From the NCBI GenBank assembly GCA_003707115.1, contig PPNB01000032.1, positions 1-64,000 of the forward strand: a stretch of 64,000 nt of DNA, read 5' to 3'. Both the position numbers and the translations under genes were made by a program. How positions within the stretch are numbered: the stretch's first letter is position 1; every line of letters begins with the position of its first letter. Under the pieces are notes generated by a model. The model saw nothing but the letters and a program-made list of their open reading frames with translations. It was not told where the DNA came from and ran no database searches. The DNA comes from Tortispora ganteri. Taxonomy: Eukaryota. This document shows positions 1-10,458 of the stretch, one piece after another.

Positions 1-121
1 TGGATTTTTTTCGGCCCCGCCGTCGCGTTGGGTACTATTTTGCTGCACCACCACACCTATAATAACCCAACTTGTTTACTTCTTCCCACCCATACATCGT
101 CAATACCATTCCTAGTTCAAC

Positions 122-511
122 ATGTCAGGTAAAGGTAAACACGGAGGAAAAGCCGGCCCCAAAGATGGCCATACTCAAATGTCAACATCTGCGCGCGCTG
201 GATTACAATTTCCTTGCGGTCGTGTTAAGAGATTCCTAAAGAAGTCCGCTTCGAACAAGATGCGAGTTGGCTCGAAAGCTGCTATTTATGTCACTGCTGT
301 CCTAGAGTACCTGACTGCTGAAGTGCTAGAACTTGCTGGAAACGCAGCTAAGGACCTTAAAGTCAAACGTATTGCTCCGCGACATCTTCAACTTGCTATT
401 CGCGGTGATGAAGAATTGGATCGTCTCATCAAGGCCACGATTGCTTTCGGTGGTGTATTGCCCCATATCAACAAGAATCTGCTCCTTAAGGTCGAGAAGC
501 GCAAACGTTAA
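122..511 (+). CDS. HTZ1: Histone H2A.Z
   Basis: [44 protein letters not shown] and [16 protein letters not shown] are H2A.Z-specific signatures. Confidence 0.96.
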   Translation: MSGKGKHGGKAGPKDGHTQMSTSARAGLQFPCGRVKRFLKKSASNKMRVGSKAAIYVTAVLEYLTAEVLELAGNAAKDLKVKRIAPRHLQLAIRGDEELDRLIKATIAFGGVLPHINKNLLLKVEKRKR

Positions 512-1184
512 GCTTTTACGTGCAATCGATATTGATACTCCTTGTTTAGAATCTCGAAGTCTTGTTTCGTAGATTTCATGTTTACGACAGTTTTCCTTCA
601 TTCATTGTTTCTTTCTCAATAGCCTGCGTTGCTTTGAATGGTCTCTGAGACTTAGATCGAAGTTGAATTGTTTTGTTTACACTCCATCTTTTTTGCAACT
701 CAGCACAATCGACTCATTTGTTTTTCTAAGTATGTTTTTCTTTGTAACTGTAATTCCTGACACATGTATTATTATAGTTATTATGCTTTCGTATGCTTAC
801 GCGCAGCCACGTACATTTCGCGCACCATACCACATATAAGCTTTCAAGCCCAAGCGTGCATATATATAAAAACGCTTTTACTCGTCTACTTTTACCACCT
901 TTCTAGCATTTGTTTCGGATATTGGCTGTCAGTGTCACTTACAGGAGGTTATTTGCTTTCTTGCATTTGTACCGTCTTACTCCTGTTAGGCGGACCTACT
1001 GAGCACGGGCCGCACTAGGCCGCGCTTCCCCGTCCACGAGCGGCTTGTAGTCAGCACAATCTGCACGCTGGTGTGCGCAAGGCTCAGATCTCGCCACTAG
1101 GAGCTTTGCGCTTAGAAACTATACTTATTCAAGCGGTACAAGCTGGTATCTGTCGCACCGTTCTGAAAATTCAAGTGTGAACCG

Positions 1185-1265
1185 CCCCACTTGCCTGATA
1201 CGGATAGAAAAAGTCTTGTGAGCGATCGGGCGATATCGATATTAGGGTTTCCCCACAAAAAAAAA
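1185..1265 (-). promoter_or_regulatory. Two candidate Mig1/CreA glucose-repression sites upstream of the glucoamylase
   Basis: CCCCAC at 1185-1190 and CCCCAC+A-run at 1251-1265 (minus strand T-rich+GTGGGG) match the SYGGGG core with an AT-rich flank. Confidence 0.4.
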
Positions 1266-1410
1266 GTTGGCTAGGTGTAAAAAACACCTACGTAACTCTT
1301 ACTAATCGCATCCTCCATTTTTTTTTTCTGTTTCATAGAGTTCTGCTTCCGCACATAGAGGTACATTTTTCGACGATATAGAACTTCATTTTTTTTTAGA
1401 TTCTGCTGAA

Positions 1411-2928
1411 ATGCATCTGATCCGCCTCTGTTTACCCATTTGGGCTTTGATCCCGATCCAGGCTGAGGCAGGCGTTATTCCTGAGTATGTGTTGAACATA
1501 GGCAAACAATATTCTGCGGACGCTTTGCAGAGTCTTGATAGCTGGATCGAAGAGCACCGTATCAAAGCGTTTAACTATGCTATAGACAATATCGGACCTA
1601 GAGCTGGTCCTGAAGTTGTCCCAGGCACCGTTGTTGCCTCACCATCACGTAGAGATCCGAACTATTTCTATCAGTGGATCCGCGACGCCGGTCTCACCAT
1701 ACACAGTCTTATTGATGAGTATGCTAACGGTACAACCACCGATAAGTACAATCTAGAAGACCTTGAGCTAATTTTCGCCAACTATATTGAGCTGTCTCGC
1801 CAGGTGCAACGCACCTCTAACCCCAGCGGCACCATGTACACTGGCGGCCTTGGAGAACCTAAGTTTGAAGTCGACGGCAGTCCTTTCAAAGGCGACTGGG
1901 GTCGTCCACAGAGGGATGGCCCACCAATCCGGGCAATGGCTCTCATGCACTATGTCGATGTTGTAAGATCGGTCAAAGGCGATGCGCTTGCTGACCAACT
2001 GTTAGACACCATGATCGATCTGCTGCTCCCGGACCTGCAGTACACTGCAGAGACTTGGGGATTCAACGGGTTTGATCTGTGGGAAGAGGTAAGCGGACTT
2101 CATTTTTTTACTGCCTCGATGCAGAGGCAGGCCTTATTGCAAGGTGCACTCACGCTATCCTCTTCGCACCCACGCATAGCAGCGTACCTGCACGCTGAGG
2201 CAACGGCGATGGAAACTCTGATCAAGAATTTCTACGACAATAAGCGCGGCCACTTGGTAGAGACTTTGTATAGCTCGAGAAGCGGGCTAGATGCTGCGTT
2301 ATTTCTGGCCGTTAACCATGCCAAACAGGAAGGCACAACATTTAGTTGTGCCAGCTGCGAGGTACTGTCTACATTGATGCGCTACATCAAAGACAATAGA
2401 GCTAGGTATCCTGTGAACTTCCAGCGACAGTCACCGACTTCTGGTGTTGCAGTTGGTAGATACCCCGAGGACGTATATGACGGTGTAGGAATGTCACGAG
2501 GCAACCCTTGGTTTTTGGCGACCGCAGCCATGGCAGAACAGATGTACAATTTAGTCATTGTTCATGCGAGAGAAAACACTGTTAGAGTGCCATGCGCAGC
2601 GGTTAGCGATTTCTACCGCGAATTACTTGTCGAGAGCAACGTTGATCCTGACTCAGTTTTGCCTCAAAGAGCTGAAGCATACCCTGTAAGCATTGGTCCG
2701 GATTCAGAAGCCTATGATGTAATCATACAGGGACTTTTGAAGTATGGAGATTCATTTATTGCGGTGATTCGTCACCACACAGATGCCGAAGGACGAATGT
2801 CTGAACAGTTAGACGCAGTGACGGGATTCCAGCGCGGTGCACACGACCTCACGTGGAGTTATTGCGCGTTTCTTGACGCTGTCAGAGTCAGAGCTATCGC
2901 CTATAGTTTGACCAAACCTGGAGAATGA
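1411..2928 (+). CDS. Secreted glucoamylase, glycoside hydrolase family 15, no starch-binding domain
   Basis: Signal peptide; VASPSRRDPNYFYQWIRDAG, GLGEPKFEVDG, WGRPQRDGP, DLWEE, GRYPEDVYDG, GNPWFL and LTWSY motifs. Confidence 0.93.
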   Translation: MHLIRLCLPIWALIPIQAEAGVIPEYVLNIGKQYSADALQSLDSWIEEHRIKAFNYAIDNIGPRAGPEVVPGTVVASPSRRDPNYFYQWIRDAGLTIHSLIDEYANGTTTDKYNLEDLELIFANYIELSRQVQRTSNPSGTMYTGGLGEPKFEVDGSPFKGDWGRPQRDGPPIRAMALMHYVDVVRSVKGDALADQLLDTMIDLLLPDLQYTAETWGFNGFDLWEEVSGLHFFTASMQRQALLQGALTLSSSHPRIAAYLHAEATAMETLIKNFYDNKRGHLVETLYSSRSGLDAALFLAVNHAKQEGTTFSCASCEVLSTLMRYIKDNRARYPVNFQRQSPTSGVAVGRYPEDVYDGVGMSRGNPWFLATAAMAEQMYNLVIVHARENTVRVPCAAVSDFYRELLVESNVDPDSVLPQRAEAYPVSIGPDSEAYDVIIQGLLKYGDSFIAVIRHHTDAEGRMSEQLDAVTGFQRGAHDLTWSYCAFLDAVRVRAIAYSLTKPGE

Positions 2929-3094
2929 AGATTATGAGAATATGAATGTGATGAAGACGAATAGAGAACGATTGGGTATCGTTTTTGCTTTTATTTATTT
3001 TGGTTTCGATTTGGCATATCGAATATTGTTTGTTTGTTTGTAGCCCAGTGAATGAAATTTGTTTGTTTATTTTGGAAAAAAGCAGTAGATATAC

Positions 3095-3700
3095 TTAAGT
3101 GAGCTTTTTAGTCTTGAATTTTCGCACACTTCTTTCAGCAGGTCTAAACATTAGCCTGTTACCTACAAGCTCGACATCAATTTGACCATCACCTTGCGGA
3201 ACAGACATTCTGAATACTGAACCCGATTTAGGAACAATCTTTGTACCATTATTTGTAATTGCAAAAACTGACCTGCCTTCCATAATAACTGTTCCGCTGA
3301 TTCCAATCATACTAGGGCATGTACTTTGAACCACTGTGACTTTCGCTCCATGGTAATCAGCAGCTGCAATTTTCTGTAACATCAGATCAACATTTTGATC
3401 TTCTAATAGATCCTTCATATACCCCCACCATAATTCATGCAATCCTTTAGGCGGTTCAATTAAATTTCTAACAAATTGCCAAGCTCGACGCCGTATATAT
3501 CCATTACTAAGTTTTCCGCCTGCTCGTCTAGGTCGATGCTTTCTGGCGCTCTTTTTGCCGCATTTCACAACAACAGATTCTTTTTGCTTGTTTTCTGAGA
3601 TAATCTTAACTTGACCACGAGATACAATAGGCAGCCTGCCAATATTTTGAGCTTTCTCAGCTTCTACTCGGCCTTCTTGTAGGATCCTCTCCACATCCAT
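3095..3700 (-). CDS. POP4: RNase P/MRP subunit p29
   Basis: LHELWWGYM, ADYHGAKVTVVQSTCPSMIGISGTVIME, GNRLMFRPAERSVRKFK; first ATG at 3700. Confidence 0.88.
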   Translation of the reverse strand: MDVERILQEGRVEAEKAQNIGRLPIVSRGQVKIISENKQKESVVVKCGKKSARKHRPRRAGGKLSNGYIRRRAWQFVRNLIEPPKGLHELWWGYMKDLLEDQNVDLMLQKIAAADYHGAKVTVVQSTCPSMIGISGTVIMEGRSVFAITNNGTKIVPKSGSVFRMSVPQGDGQIDVELVGNRLMFRPAERSVRKFKTKKLT

Positions 3701-4141
3701 ACTGTGGTGTCGCTGGGAGAGTGAGTGGATCCAATAATTACTACCACACACACATATAAATATATATAACTCATTCTACTACGTAACTGCATATCTTTCA
3801 TGACAAACATCAAGATCGTCAACTGGTAAGCAAATAAGCAACCAAGAGGGATGGAAGGGGGGAATAACAATGGAAACAGGATAAACAACCGCTCGTTTTA
3901 TGCACGTACGTGACAGTCTTGTGTCGTTCTAGCACTCAGCTAGTACTCTGCAGATTTTCATACAAATAGCTCTAGCAGACTCTCTAGACGCAGAGACAAC
4001 AATGATGCACAGACATAAACACACAACACACACAAACAAACATCTTCCACCCCTAGACCACGAAACAAAACATAAGGTAAACCATCAATTATAACAAACA
4101 TCATCAAACGGGTAAAAAGAAAATAAACAAATATGTTCCCT

Positions 4142-6202
4142 TTATGGGAACACGTCTGTACTCTCACCATCATTATTCGTACTCTTAGAAGAGTTAAAAA
4201 TATCAGCAAACGCACCGGAATACCCAGGGCCTGCTTTAGAAATTGACGGCGAGATAGCCCCATTATCCACAGACCCCGTAGAGCTTACTGTTCCAGCAGA
4301 AGTAGACAGCTTTGCAAATCCTTGTTGAGCAGACTGGTGCATGCTTCCATACGATAATGGTACAGATGAATTCCCCATGACTCCGCCAAATCCTTCACCG
4401 TTACCCCCCATGGATGGGCTTAGCAGCGAGGAAACTCCGTTCCCAGCGTTTCCCATATTAGTCACAGAATGCCGGTGTCCAATTCCTTGATACGCTCCAA
4501 AAGATGAACTCATACCACCAGCATTCAACGACGAAGATGAGCCAAATCCAGGATTAAAGGTTTCACCGGCTCCGGGATTGTGACCAGCTCCAAACCCACC
4601 GTGATGAGCACCAAAACCAAACTGCTGAGAACTAGCATTGCCAGATGCAGCTTGAGGAGCACCAGAGGCAAAAGGTTGACGTTGACTGTTAGGAAATTGA
4701 GAATATATTTGAGGTGGGGAGGTGCGAACATCAACAAATGACTTGGAACCTCGAAGGATTGCGCCGTTTCCATACATATCTGCAGGACCAGAATTACCAG
4801 GATTCACAACTGAGCCTCGACCATATACGCTCATGTTAACTCCCGAAACAGATCCTTTGGATCCCAGAAGTCCAGAAGTACCTGGTGTCTTCATAAGAAA
4901 TACCGACAACCCAACGTCTTCATCAGGGGAGGTAGGGACAGCAGTGGAATTGTCAGGCCGTCTAAGAGAATGAACTAGTCCAAGTTGCTGAGATAGTAGA
5001 AAAATAGTTCTTCTTTGAGAAGGCGTAACAGGAATGTGGAACACTAATTCGCTGCGGTATTTATCCTCGCGGAAAATAATAATCTGTGTATAGATCTCTA
5101 ATGTTTCAGGATCATTGAGATCCAGCTTGGAAATTGCGGGAGACAAAAGAGGGTAATAAGAATTCTTAAATGATGCCGCAGAAGGCTTTGGGGGACCAGA
5201 AGACAGAATAGGTGCAACTTGCGGTATACTGCGATCACCACCTTGAGAACCAGAAGGCGCAATACTCGACATATCTGCAGGAACTTGACCCGGAGTCCCA
5301 GATGCCGATCCGGGTTGAGGAAAGTTGCGGTGCTGTTCTTCTAATTGCCCACGTTTCTCGCGTTTTTCACGTTCAATGCGTTCGCGCTCTGCAAGGGGTA
5401 GCATTTTCTTATATTCAACGCGTAATTTGCGTCCTGCAATTTCATGACCATTGAGATGCTGAATGACCGCACCCGTTTCATCAGGGGTAGTAAAGTTAGC
5501 AAACGCCAGACCACGAAAGACACCGTTATCAAAATGGTAGTTGAAGGCATAAGGAGTTGGAAGACCGATATCCATCATAATTTCAAGAAGTTGTTCCTTT
5601 TTGATGGCGAAAGGAATGTTTTTTATAACTATGGCCGTAGGGATCAGATCGTCGTCACCAGCAGAGGGGTTTCCACCAGGCTCGGACAGAGCAGGGTCAC
5701 CATTTCCGATTGAGCTGGTAGAGTGACCAAGCCCGTGAGTTTCGTCAGAAGGGTCAGATGAGTCATTAGAGACATTATTCGTAGTCGTTGCAGTGGCGGC
5801 GGAAGGGTTGGTAGAGGACTGGTAGTCATCTGCCGACACTTGGACAGGTTTGACTTTATCTATTTCATTCCATACCTGAGAAGTTGAACGAGCAGATAAG
5901 GCTTTAATTGATGAGGTGGCCCAAGGGTCTTGAGGGTTAGGAACGTTTACCGCGGGCGTGGGTGAAGCCGTATCAGAATGTGCACCGGGCTTCTCCGAAT
6001 ATGGTGGTTTAGAGTTCGTAGTATCTGAAGCAAGAGCAGGCGTCGAGGTAACGTTTCCGCTGCCAGATGCTACAGAGCTGTAAGATACTGGAGCGCTAGG
6101 AGACAAAATGTCATTTCTGGTTCGATTTGGAGGACGGTGTGATTTAGAGTCGAAGAAGGAGGACTGCTGGCGAGCACCAGTACCGACATCAGCTTCGCTC
6201 AT
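4142..6202 (-). CDS. PIN4: RRM + R3H RNA-binding protein (Pin4/Cip2 family)
   Basis: IPTAIVIKNIPFAIKKEQLL...FNYHFDNGVFRGLAFANF...GRKLRVEYKKMLP; R3H-like LDLNDPETLEIYTQI region; ATG at 6202. Confidence 0.88.
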   Translation of the reverse strand: MSEADVGTGARQQSSFFDSKSHRPPNRTRNDILSPSAPVSYSSVASGSGNVTSTPALASDTTNSKPPYSEKPGAHSDTASPTPAVNVPNPQDPWATSSIKALSARSTSQVWNEIDKVKPVQVSADDYQSSTNPSAATATTTNNVSNDSSDPSDETHGLGHSTSSIGNGDPALSEPGGNPSAGDDDLIPTAIVIKNIPFAIKKEQLLEIMMDIGLPTPYAFNYHFDNGVFRGLAFANFTTPDETGAVIQHLNGHEIAGRKLRVEYKKMLPLAERERIEREKREKRGQLEEQHRNFPQPGSASGTPGQVPADMSSIAPSGSQGGDRSIPQVAPILSSGPPKPSAASFKNSYYPLLSPAISKLDLNDPETLEIYTQIIIFREDKYRSELVFHIPVTPSQRRTIFLLSQQLGLVHSLRRPDNSTAVPTSPDEDVGLSVFLMKTPGTSGLLGSKGSVSGVNMSVYGRGSVVNPGNSGPADMYGNGAILRGSKSFVDVRTSPPQIYSQFPNSQRQPFASGAPQAASGNASSQQFGFGAHHGGFGAGHNPGAGETFNPGFGSSSSLNAGGMSSSFGAYQGIGHRHSVTNMGNAGNGVSSLLSPSMGGNGEGFGGVMGNSSVPLSYGSMHQSAQQGFAKLSTSAGTVSSTGSVDNGAISPSISKAGPGYSGAFADIFNSSKSTNNDGESTDVFP

Positions 6203-7026
6203 AGCTATCAATAAGTTAGTTAACAGGTGCTAAAACGGAATATCGTATATAGTGCTGAAGTGGGGTACGACTGACTGTATAGGCTTATATGAATTGTAAG
6301 GACGGTCAAGACGTTTGCGTAGGAAGGGCAGTGCGATGGAGCGTCGGGAGGCAAGTTTCTTTTAAGTGCAGAAGAGTATATTAGCAGACAGATAAGCCCG
6401 GCAAATTGCTCTAAGATGTTTCAACAAGTGATGCGAGAAAATGAGAGGTAAGAGGTAATGGAATGTTGACCAGGACCGGCAGTCAGAGGGATAGATTGAG
6501 GGTTAAGGGTAGTACTGTACAAATAACACGGGATGAGAGCAATGTTGCAATGATAACTGGACAAACAGGACGACTAGTGGGGGAAAACCGGGGGTATAAA
6601 TGTAGCTATATGGGTCTGCTTTGACATTTTTAAAAAACATAGGGTTGGGAAAGGCTCTGGTTGATGTATGTGGTGGCAGTAATGCATATGAAGTTGCGCA
6701 GAGGGTAGCGAGCCATAGCGAGTGTATAGGATGAAGACGATGAGCGTGAAAACCAGGGAAGAAAGAAAACCGATGATAAATGAAGCACAAAGTACAGCAA
6801 TACAAAATAGCACTAGTACGAAGTGATTACTTACTTTTGAGGCGTGAATAGGGGACACTAACAATAAGGAGAGGTTAAGCTGGGAGGGGTGTGATAAGAT
6901 GGATGGATGACTACCACCAGTAAGGTAGTTAAAGTAGGAGGGGTCGGTCCAAATGGGAGCTTGTTATTGGCTAAAACCTTATGAGGTAATTTTGGTTGTG
7001 AAGACGACAATATCAGTTAGACCATT

Positions 7027-8253
7027 CTAACGTCGTCCCTGGGCCTGTACGGCTGTAGGATACGCGCGTAGACAGTGAAGGATATAGCCGCCACCTCTTT
7101 CAAGACTCATGTGTGGATGAAACCTACCAGGAACGGACTGGTACGGGCGGACGGTTGATTCAAGGATCTGTGTGGCTATTAGCCGGTTATCCGGGCGAGT
7201 GATATTCTCCTCGAGGTCTACGAGCGGTTCCTTGCACGGATGATAGACGACGATTGGTCTGCTGCCGTGGACAAATGGAAGCAGAGCCTGTACTAAACCG
7301 TTCACTTGGAGTGATGTGGCAATGAGTAGCGCGTCAAAGCTGTGACTGTTTCTTAGGTCGACTATTTTCTTGTACTGGACTGCCTTGCGGTATCTGCGGA
7401 GGGTTCTGTTGCGCTGGCTGGTCTTCAGTTGATCTAACAGGTCCTGTGGGGGTGGCGCGGTGGCAAAGTCGAGTTCAGCGCGGAATTCTTCGGGATGTAG
7501 GAACTTCAAAAAGGAGACCGGTTTGACGCGCGGATCACTCACCAAATCGATACCCATGAGCTGTAAGGGTTCTAGGTTGACCATTTCGTTTTCGTGAAGT
7601 AGGATCAGCTGTCCGTCCGGACCGAGGCGTTCCAGTACTGCACAGACGACAAGAGAAGATACTCCATCGACGATGAGGTATGAACCTGCCGGCTGGACAT
7701 TGGCGAGAGAGAGCATGAGCCCGAGTGTCTCCATGCGGAGGTCCATTATACGAGCGGGATCTTTCGCGTTATAGTATTCCATTAGTTCGTTTGACCCTAT
7801 ATGTTGTGTACGAAATCGTTTCAAGAATTTTTGGGCCTTGCGCTGAATGTACTTTTCTTGGCTGAACGCGGTTTTTTTATTAAATGCTGAATGCGATTCG
7901 ATAACTTTAGTTACTATTTCTTGTCCTGTGAGTTGTTTGTCCTTTTTCAGCGACTCTATTTCGTCCATTGTCATCTTTTGAGAGTCCGGGTCGTCGACAA
8001 GCATTCTGTTGTCCTCGGAATCTGTCCAAGTGGCTTCATCGACGACGCTATCGAGGCTTTGGACGACTGTGAGGCCGCCCTGGTTGTCTATTTCGTATGT
8101 CAGACCGATAGGATGGCCGAGGATCTGATCTGATTCGAACGAGCCGAATTTTCCCAGCGGTACCTTGCGACCTGGTGATACTTTGACGATTTTGTGGTTG
8201 CCAGATGGCAGATAGAGTAGTAGGTGCGCATCGGGCTCTATAATGGCACCCAT
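7027..8253 (-). CDS. GCD10: tRNA m1A58 methyltransferase non-catalytic subunit Trm6
   Basis: LGKFGSF, DNRMLVDDPDSQKMTMDEIESLK, FNKKTAFSQEKYIQRKAQKF, YQSVPGRFHPHM...GGYIL. Confidence 0.92.
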   Translation of the reverse strand: MGAIIEPDAHLLLYLPSGNHKIVKVSPGRKVPLGKFGSFESDQILGHPIGLTYEIDNQGGLTVVQSLDSVVDEATWTDSEDNRMLVDDPDSQKMTMDEIESLKKDKQLTGQEIVTKVIESHSAFNKKTAFSQEKYIQRKAQKFLKRFRTQHIGSNELMEYYNAKDPARIMDLRMETLGLMLSLANVQPAGSYLIVDGVSSLVVCAVLERLGPDGQLILLHENEMVNLEPLQLMGIDLVSDPRVKPVSFLKFLHPEEFRAELDFATAPPPQDLLDQLKTSQRNRTLRRYRKAVQYKKIVDLRNSHSFDALLIATSLQVNGLVQALLPFVHGSRPIVVYHPCKEPLVDLEENITRPDNRLIATQILESTVRPYQSVPGRFHPHMSLERGGGYILHCLRAYPTAVQAQGRR

Positions 8254-8462
8254 TTGCCGGCTTATTCTTATGAGAGTGTTTGTAGCGATACCGAAAGTTG
8301 ATATTGCGAAAAAAATCTAAGTTCACAGTAAGTTACCCGGCTTTCTGCAATAACTCCCAAAACTAAAAGGAAAAAAAAAAATATACAGCCATCAAGGACT
8401 GTATTTCTGGCATTTTAGTTAGCAGTTTTTCTCCCGGAATTGCACGTAAACGCGAGATCAGA

Positions 8463-10145
8463 ATGGTTAAAAAAGTCGGAAAGAAGAAACAGGCGCCTGT
8501 ACCGTCTTTTGACGAGTTTGTAGCTGAAAAGAACTCTAAGCGGAAGAACGGCGTGAAGAAGAGCGGCCGCAAGGAACAAAGTGCCGCCAACGGAGGATCA
8601 GACGTCGAGTTTGCCGGATTCAGCGACGAAGAAACCCAAAAGACCAAAAAGTCTTTGTTTGACGATAGTGAAGATGAAATAGATGAAGAAATTGAAATAG
8701 AAGAAGAGGAATTCGAAGATGACGAGTTCGACAACGACGAAATCCATGCTCAGTTTAGCGACTCAGACGATGAAGAAATGCTGACGGCAGCTAATATGGA
8801 AGCATTGTCGAAACGACTAGACTTAGAACAGAAACAACAGGAGCAGGACGATTTTGATGAACTTCAGACTAATATTCAGGCGGAAGAGACTGCAAAGGCT
8901 ATTCTGCCATCCGGACAGGAGATAGAACAAGAATTGAATCAACCTCCTGATTTGGTGCTCCTACGTTCTCGTATAATGGATATAGTGTCTGTTCTTTCTG
9001 ATTTCTCGACAAAATCTGAGCCAGGACGGTCGCGTAAGGAATATGTTGATCAACTTCTAGCTGATATTGTTAAATATTACGGTTACTCGCCCTACCTTGC
9101 CGAGAAATTGTTTCATTTGTTCTCGCCTGCCGAAGCGCTTGAATTTTTTGAGGCTAATGAAGTTCCTAGACCCGTTACGATTCGCACAAACACTCTGAAG
9201 ACTAGACGCCGAGATCTTGCACAGGCGCTTGTGAACCGTGGTGTCAATTTGAAGCCTGTTGAGTGGTCAAAAGTCGGACTGCAAGTGTTTGATGCACAAG
9301 TGCCTATTGGTGCGACACCCGAGTACCTCGCGGGCCATTACATTCTGCAGGCTGCCTCGTCGTTTCTGCCAGTAATGGCACTTGCACCTCAAGAAAACGA
9401 GCGTGTGCTCGATATGGCTGCTGCACCTGGTGGCAAGACGACGCATATGGCTGCACTGATGAAGAATACAGGCGAGATAATTGCTAACGATTCGAATGCT
9501 GAACGAGCTAAAGCATTGTTTGGTAACATCCACAGACTTGGCGTGCAGAATGCAATTGCCTGCAATTATGATGCAAGACAATTCCCGAAGGTGATGGGTG
9601 GGTTTGACCGTGTTCTGTTGGACGCACCATGCTCTGGAACTGGTGTGATATCAAAAGACGCGATGGTCAAAACGAACCGCACAGAGCAGGATTTCTTGCA
9701 GTTACCACATCTACAGAGACAGTTGCTTATGTGTGCGATTGATTCAATTGATGCACATTCAAAGACCGGTGGATACGTCGTTTACTCTACGTGTTCGGTA
9801 ATGGTCGAAGAGAACGAGGCAGTTGTTGACTACGTGCTTCGCAAGCGATCTGACGTTAAACTTGTTGAGACTGGACTTGAGATCGGTAAGAAAGGGTTTA
9901 CATCGTTTAGAGGTAAGAAGTTTCATGACTCACTTAGTCTCACAAGAAGATATTATCCGCACACTTATAACGTGGACGGTTTCTTCGTTGCGAAATTGAA
10001 GAAACTGCCTGTTAAGAACGCTGTTAAAGACGGACAGACAAATGCCATTGACGACGAGGAATTTGCAGTTTTTAATGACAAAGAAGACAAACCTTACATC
10101 GAAGAAACAATACAAAAACAGAAGAAAAGAAAGACCAAACGATGA
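8463..10145 (+). CDS. NOP2: 25S rRNA cytosine-C5 methyltransferase Nop2
   Basis: Acidic N-terminus; PIGATPEYLAGHYILQ, DMAAAPGGKT, FDRVLLDAPCSGTG, VYSTCS motifs. Confidence 0.96.
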   Translation: MVKKVGKKKQAPVPSFDEFVAEKNSKRKNGVKKSGRKEQSAANGGSDVEFAGFSDEETQKTKKSLFDDSEDEIDEEIEIEEEEFEDDEFDNDEIHAQFSDSDDEEMLTAANMEALSKRLDLEQKQQEQDDFDELQTNIQAEETAKAILPSGQEIEQELNQPPDLVLLRSRIMDIVSVLSDFSTKSEPGRSRKEYVDQLLADIVKYYGYSPYLAEKLFHLFSPAEALEFFEANEVPRPVTIRTNTLKTRRRDLAQALVNRGVNLKPVEWSKVGLQVFDAQVPIGATPEYLAGHYILQAASSFLPVMALAPQENERVLDMAAAPGGKTTHMAALMKNTGEIIANDSNAERAKALFGNIHRLGVQNAIACNYDARQFPKVMGGFDRVLLDAPCSGTGVISKDAMVKTNRTEQDFLQLPHLQRQLLMCAIDSIDAHSKTGGYVVYSTCSVMVEENEAVVDYVLRKRSDVKLVETGLEIGKKGFTSFRGKKFHDSLSLTRRYYPHTYNVDGFFVAKLKKLPVKNAVKDGQTNAIDDEEFAVFNDKEDKPYIEETIQKQKKRKTKR

Positions 10146-10458
10146 TTTTTAGCGGTGCATATGTATTATCAATACCATCTTCGATAGATAAACCTTATTT
10201 GGTCTAGAGTATATTTTCAAAGTAAACTGTATGTATGACCCTTACACGCACAAAACGTCTAAAATGGTTCTGAAAATCATGCAAAATGCATATAAATACA
10301 ATTGAATGCATATATATGTTTTTTATACTTATATGTATACCTGCTGTGGAATATTATGAATATATAGTTCGAGACCTGTGATTGGTCACAATACTTGTTA
10401 CAACCCCGTGAGAGTGGTTAGGCTTTTTGCATCTTACCTTCCACCTCAGACACAAGAA

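Noticed and set aside
512..1410. Possible ncRNA or tRNA in the GC-rich intergenic patch
   Set aside because: No cloverleaf, A/B boxes or C/D boxes recognised; consistent with the glucoamylase promoter
6503..6864. Short hydrophobic ORFs between PIN4 and GCD10
   Set aside because: Non-ATG starts and no recognisable motif; better explained as T-rich 5' UTR/intron sequence of PIN4
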